This document shows, one piece after another, positions 46,729 through 50,231 of a stretch of DNA of 50,231 nt. The first letter of the stretch is position 1. The number at the start of each line of letters is the position of its first letter. Where the stretch lies: the NCBI GenBank assembly GCA_964435605.1, contig CAYTAN010000001.1, positions 3,278 through 53,508 on the forward strand, written 5' to 3'. Source of the DNA: an uncultured Dehalococcoidia bacterium. Lineage in GTDB: Bacteria; Chloroflexota; Dehalococcoidia; Lucifugimonadales; UBA826. The notes under the pieces are model-generated. The model saw nothing but the letters and a program-made list of their open reading frames with translations. It did no database searches and was not told the origin of the DNA. Both the position numbers and the translations under genes were made by a program.

Positions 46729-47694
46729 ATGATGGAAATTAGGATTGAACGCTCCAGTTTGATAATGCCTGTTAATGTGTCACGATTTGTTGAAAAGGCC
46801 TGGACTAGAGGAGTGGAACAAATCACTTTGGATTTAGAGGATTCTGTAGCTCCAAATCAGAAAGAAGATGCTAGAAAGCTGGTTAAAGAAGCTATAGGAA
46901 TTGCAGCCAGAGGGGGAGCTTCAATATCGGTCCGAATTAATAAAGATAATATTGAAAAAGATTTAGAGGCGTCCATATGGCCAGGTCTTTATGGCATATT
47001 GATGACCAAAGTTGAATCAGTTGAGGAAGTTCAGTTGGCGGATAAGTATATAGGTGATCTTGAGCGAGAAAGAGGTATAGGGAAAGGAACTATTAAGATA
47101 AAGCCGTTGATAGAATCTGCGATCGGAGTTTGGAATGCCTTTTCAATCGCGACTGCGAGTGAGCGTATATGTCAATTTGGCGATGTTGCCGCAGGTGACA
47201 CAACAGCAGATTTAGGAATTGAAATGGCTGGTGAAGTTGATCAGCTTTTTTATTGCCGTGGTGAGGTTGATTTGATAGGGAGATCATTAGAAATGGGTGG
47301 AGAAGGCCCCTGGCAGCCTGTAGAAGGTTCGATGTTTCAATATGGAGATCCTGAACCGGTACTAAGAAAAGCTAGGGAAAACCGGCGTAGAGGAGTGCAT
47401 GGTTCATTTGGGATTCATCCATCAGTAGTACAACCAAACAATGAAGGGCTTACCCCCACCAGAAATGAAGTGGAGGAAGCAAATAACCTTATCGATTCGT
47501 ATAATGCGGCCTGGGAAAGAGGAGAATCATATGCGGTGTTTAACGGCAGGATGATATTTGGGGACAACGCACATTGGGCAAAAGAATATATTCACTATGC
47601 CGAAGCATGTTGGGCCAAGGATAAGGAGAAAGCTGAAGTGATTAGTAGTTTGAAGCGTGAAGAATCCGAATCGAATAGGGAGATTGATGGTTAG
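46729..47694 (+). CDS. CitE-like acyl-CoA lyase (citryl/malyl/citramalyl-CoA lyase beta-subunit family), canonical motifs
   Basis: The ATG lies immediately after the upstream TAA. The motifs are LDLEDSV, SVRINK, LMTKVES, PLIESAIGV, AAGDTTADLG and FGIHPSVV. Confidence 0.85.
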   Translation: MMEIRIERSSLIMPVNVSRFVEKAWTRGVEQITLDLEDSVAPNQKEDARKLVKEAIGIAARGGASISVRINKDNIEKDLEASIWPGLYGILMTKVESVEEVQLADKYIGDLERERGIGKGTIKIKPLIESAIGVWNAFSIATASERICQFGDVAAGDTTADLGIEMAGEVDQLFYCRGEVDLIGRSLEMGGEGPWQPVEGSMFQYGDPEPVLRKARENRRRGVHGSFGIHPSVVQPNNEGLTPTRNEVEEANNLIDSYNAAWERGESYAVFNGRMIFGDNAHWAKEYIHYAEACWAKDKEKAEVISSLKREESESNREIDG

Positions 47695-48871
47695 AGGTAT
47701 TCTAGATGATGTTACGGTAGTTGAACTCGCTCAAGATGTTGCCGGACCTTACGGGTCAAAGTTGTTAGCAGACCAGGGTGCGAATGTTATTAAAGTAGAA
47801 CCTATAAGTGGAGATACTTCGAGACAGTGGGGCCCATACCCTGATGATTCTCCTCATTTAGAACGAAGCCTGAGTTACGCCTATTACAATACTAATAAGA
47901 AAAGTGTCACTTTAAATATAGATAGTGACAAGGGTAAGTCTTTATTGAGGAGATTGGTTGTAGAGGCAGATATTTTGATCGAGGATATAGCTCCTTCAAG
48001 AAAATCTGTTTATGGTCTTGAAGATTTATCCGTTGTAAAACCGGATCTGATCCACGTATCTGTAACACCCTTTGGAGTAACAGGCCCTTATCGCGACTAT
48101 GCTGGTGCTGAAATAATTTATCAGGCTATGGGTGGATTTATGCACCTAAGCGGTGAGCCGGATAGAGGGCCTCTACAGATTGCTCTGAATCAAGGCCAGG
48201 TTATGGCAGGTAGAAATGTAGCTTTATCTACTATGGCTGCAATATATATGCAAACAGGCCAATTTGTGGATGTCTCCATCATGGAATCCGTCGCTGTTCA
48301 GCCTCCGTTTCACATATTAACCTACACGCACACTGGAATTATTTCTGGTCGGGGCTTGGGGGCGGGCGGAATTGATATATTTGGCGGTGATTATCTGGAG
48401 ACAAAAGATGGCCATATTTGCATGACCACAGAAGGACGTAGATCATGGGAGGATTTGGCACTTTTGCTTGAAATACCTGAATTATCTTTAGATCAATTTG
48501 CTGATCCTCAGGATAGAGAGAAACATAGAAAAGCACTTGAAGAATTGGTACTTCCTGAATTGAAGGAGAAAGATACTAAAGAGCTGTTTCATAAGGCAAT
48601 GAGAGAAGGTTTTGTGTTTGGTATGGTACAGAGTCCCCAAGATCTGCTGGAATGTGAACAACTTGAAGAGCGAGGGGCATGGTCCGAAATAGAACACTCG
48701 GAATTAGGGAAATTGAAATATCCAAATCCAGGTTTCAACATGAGTGCAATAGCGGCAGAACCTGACCGTCCAGCTCCTTTGCTTGGGGAACATAATTCAT
48801 CTATCTACACTTCAATGCTGCAAATATCTCCTGATGAGTTAAAAGAATTGAAATCAGAAGGGGTCGTATAG
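47687..48871 (+). CDS. family III CoA-transferase (CaiB/BaiF/Frc family)
   Basis: MVRGILDDVTVVELAQDVAGPYGSKLLADQGANVIKVEP is the typical N-terminus. I prefer ATG 47687, which overlaps the upstream stop by 8 nt, over the upstream GTG at 47657. Confidence 0.88.
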   Translation: MVRGILDDVTVVELAQDVAGPYGSKLLADQGANVIKVEPISGDTSRQWGPYPDDSPHLERSLSYAYYNTNKKSVTLNIDSDKGKSLLRRLVVEADILIEDIAPSRKSVYGLEDLSVVKPDLIHVSVTPFGVTGPYRDYAGAEIIYQAMGGFMHLSGEPDRGPLQIALNQGQVMAGRNVALSTMAAIYMQTGQFVDVSIMESVAVQPPFHILTYTHTGIISGRGLGAGGIDIFGGDYLETKDGHICMTTEGRRSWEDLALLLEIPELSLDQFADPQDREKHRKALEELVLPELKEKDTKELFHKAMREGFVFGMVQSPQDLLECEQLEERGAWSEIEHSELGKLKYPNPGFNMSAIAAEPDRPAPLLGEHNSSIYTSMLQISPDELKELKSEGVV

Positions 48872-50231
48872 ATGGTTTCAACAAACATTATTAAGAACGC
48901 GACACTATCTGGCGTAAGAGTTTTATGCATTGAAGATCTTATAGCCTTACCGTGGGGGACTATGTACTTGGCCGATTTGGGAGCCGATGTTATCAGAGCT
49001 GAGTCGCATACACGCCTTAGAGCTCGCGCTTGGGGCCCGTTTCCTAATGGTGTGGCAGATCCAGAGAAGTGGTGGAATCAGGGTGGTAGCCATGGACTCT
49101 ACTATCGGAACAAAAAAAGCCTTACATTAGACCTGACAAAACCTGAAGGTATTCAGCTACTGAAAGAATTAGTTAAGGTAACCGATATTGTCGCCGAAAA
49201 TAGTCGGCCGGGTGTTATGGATAGACTTGGTATTGGTTATGACACCTTGAAGCAAATCAAACCAGATCTAATCATGATAGGAAGTTCCGGATTTGGACAA
49301 ACAGGCGATTGGAATAGTTATGGTGCTGTGGCCCGCATTATCGATGGCATTTGCGGTATGTCTTATACAACTGGCTACAAAGACGATGGCCCTGTAAGAG
49401 CGAATCCTTCATACATGGATATAACTACAGGATGGAATATGGTGTTGTGTTCATTGTTGGCTCTTCATCATCGTCGTAAAACCGGTGAAGGTCAGTATAT
49501 AGACCTGTCCATGTATGAAACAGGAACGACTTGTATTGGTCCTGCTCTATTGGATGAACAGGTTAACCACCGGAAGATAAATAGGATTGGGAATGGGCAT
49601 TCCAGGTTAGCGCCCCATGGTTGTTACCCATGTGTTGGGAAAGATAGATGGGTGGTAATAGCGATTGAAACTGACATTCAGTGGAATAGTTTTAAGGAAG
49701 CTATGGGCAGTCCGAATTGGGCTGATGATGATCGGTTTGCTTCTGTTGCGGGACGGTTAAAGCATTCAGATAAACTTGATGATCTGATATCAAAGTGGAC
49801 GAAAGATAAAGCAGATAAGGAATTGACTGAGACACTGCAGTTTCAAGGGATACCTTGTTCTTCGGTTTACAATGCACGAGATTTATTGACTGATGACCAT
49901 CTGAAATCTCGTAAATTCTTTGAACCATTAGAAAGGATTCAAGAGTCAGATGTAGGAGTAAAGCCATACGTTGGTAGATCGTTTAAGATGTCAAATACTC
50001 CAGCTATGAAACAAAGTGTTGCTACGTTGGGAGAGCACAACAGAGACATATTAGTCGATTTATTGGGTATATCGGATCAGGAAATAGATTCCTTGCATGA
50101 AGATCAAATTATAGGTTGGAAACCAATTGGGCCAGAGGCTGTAACTCCAGGCGGAATTTCCCGCGTTATGGTTGGTAATGATGCTGTGTCAGACCCTGAC
50201 TTTGAGAGAGTTAATGAACTTCATGCTGATC
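48872..50231 (+). CDS. family III CoA-transferase (CaiB/BaiF/Frc family), 3' end outside window
   Basis: This ORF is not in the ORF track because it has no stop. The ATG lies 1 nt after the upstream TAG. My manual translation is open to the window end: MVSTNIIKNATLSGVRVLCIEDLIALPWGTMYLADLGADVIRAES...GHSRLAPHGCYPCVGKDRWVVIA. Confidence 0.85.
   Translation, partial: MVSTNIIKNATLSGVRVLCIEDLIALPWGTMYLADLGADVIRAESHTRLRARAWGPFPNGVADPEKWWNQGGSHGLYYRNKKSLTLDLTKPEGIQLLKELVKVTDIVAENSRPGVMDRLGIGYDTLKQIKPDLIMIGSSGFGQTGDWNSYGAVARIIDGICGMSYTTGYKDDGPVRANPSYMDITTGWNMVLCSLLALHHRRKTGEGQYIDLSMYETGTTCIGPALLDEQVNHRKINRIGNGHSRLAPHGCYPCVGKDRWVVIAIETDIQWNSFKEAMGSPNWADDDRFASVAGRLKHSDKLDDLISKWTKDKADKELTETLQFQGIPCSSVYNARDLLTDDHLKSRKFFEPLERIQESDVGVKPYVGRSFKMSNTPAMKQSVATLGEHNRDILVDLLGISDQEIDSLHEDQIIGWKPIGPEAVTPGGISRVMVGNDAVSDPDFERVNELHAD

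Noticed and set aside
1-50231. Scan for CRISPR arrays, IS elements, rRNA genes, long tandem repeats and defence-system hallmarks
   Set aside because: I found no regularly spaced direct repeats and no transposase, integrase or recombinase motifs. I also found no nuclease-helicase-methylase combinations typical of defence islands. The only notable duplication is the tandem ACAD gene pair, which is reported as a finding.

Overview
The window is a compact stretch of bacterial chromosome at roughly 40% GC. By my gene calls it is about 94-95% coding, with 47 protein genes and one tRNA. I recognised no rRNA, CRISPR array, transposase, integrase or phage genes. Housekeeping genes include tal-pgi, a DUF59 gene plus an Mrp-like ATPase, uvrB, yebC-ruvC-ruvA, tRNA-Ala(CGC), a 2-oxoacid dehydrogenase E1alpha/E1beta/E2 set, lysA, groES-groEL, dnaE and ogt. 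They are interleaved with catabolic genes: three acyl-CoA dehydrogenases, an enoyl-CoA hydratase, an SDR, an LLM-class flavin oxidoreductase, a flavin reductase, three CitE/HpcH-like lyase paralogs, two family III CoA-transferases, an amidase and peptidases. This gene content, plus the tight packing with many 1-14 nt gene overlaps, would fit a streamlined marine heterotroph such as SAR202-type Chloroflexota. That is only an impression from protein motifs and cannot be verified without a database search. I found no obvious defence or mobile system. The most unusual candidates are these. (1) A translationally coupled five-gene module at 45026-50231+ has one canonical and two catalytically degenerate CitE-like paralogs followed by two family III CoA-transferases. 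(2) A long minus-strand cluster at 26476-34097 combines three acyl-CoA dehydrogenases, one lacking both known catalytic-base positions, with two permease-less ABC ATPases; one ATPase carries an AbrB/SpoVT-like C-terminal tail. (3) A plus-strand cluster at 19275-26379 contains a three-cysteine LarE-type sulfur transferase but no other lar genes. (4) An Mrp/ApbC-like ATPase lacks the CxxC cluster-binding segment. All functional calls come from motif recognition by eye. Start codons are often ambiguous, and several genes appear to use TTG or GTG.
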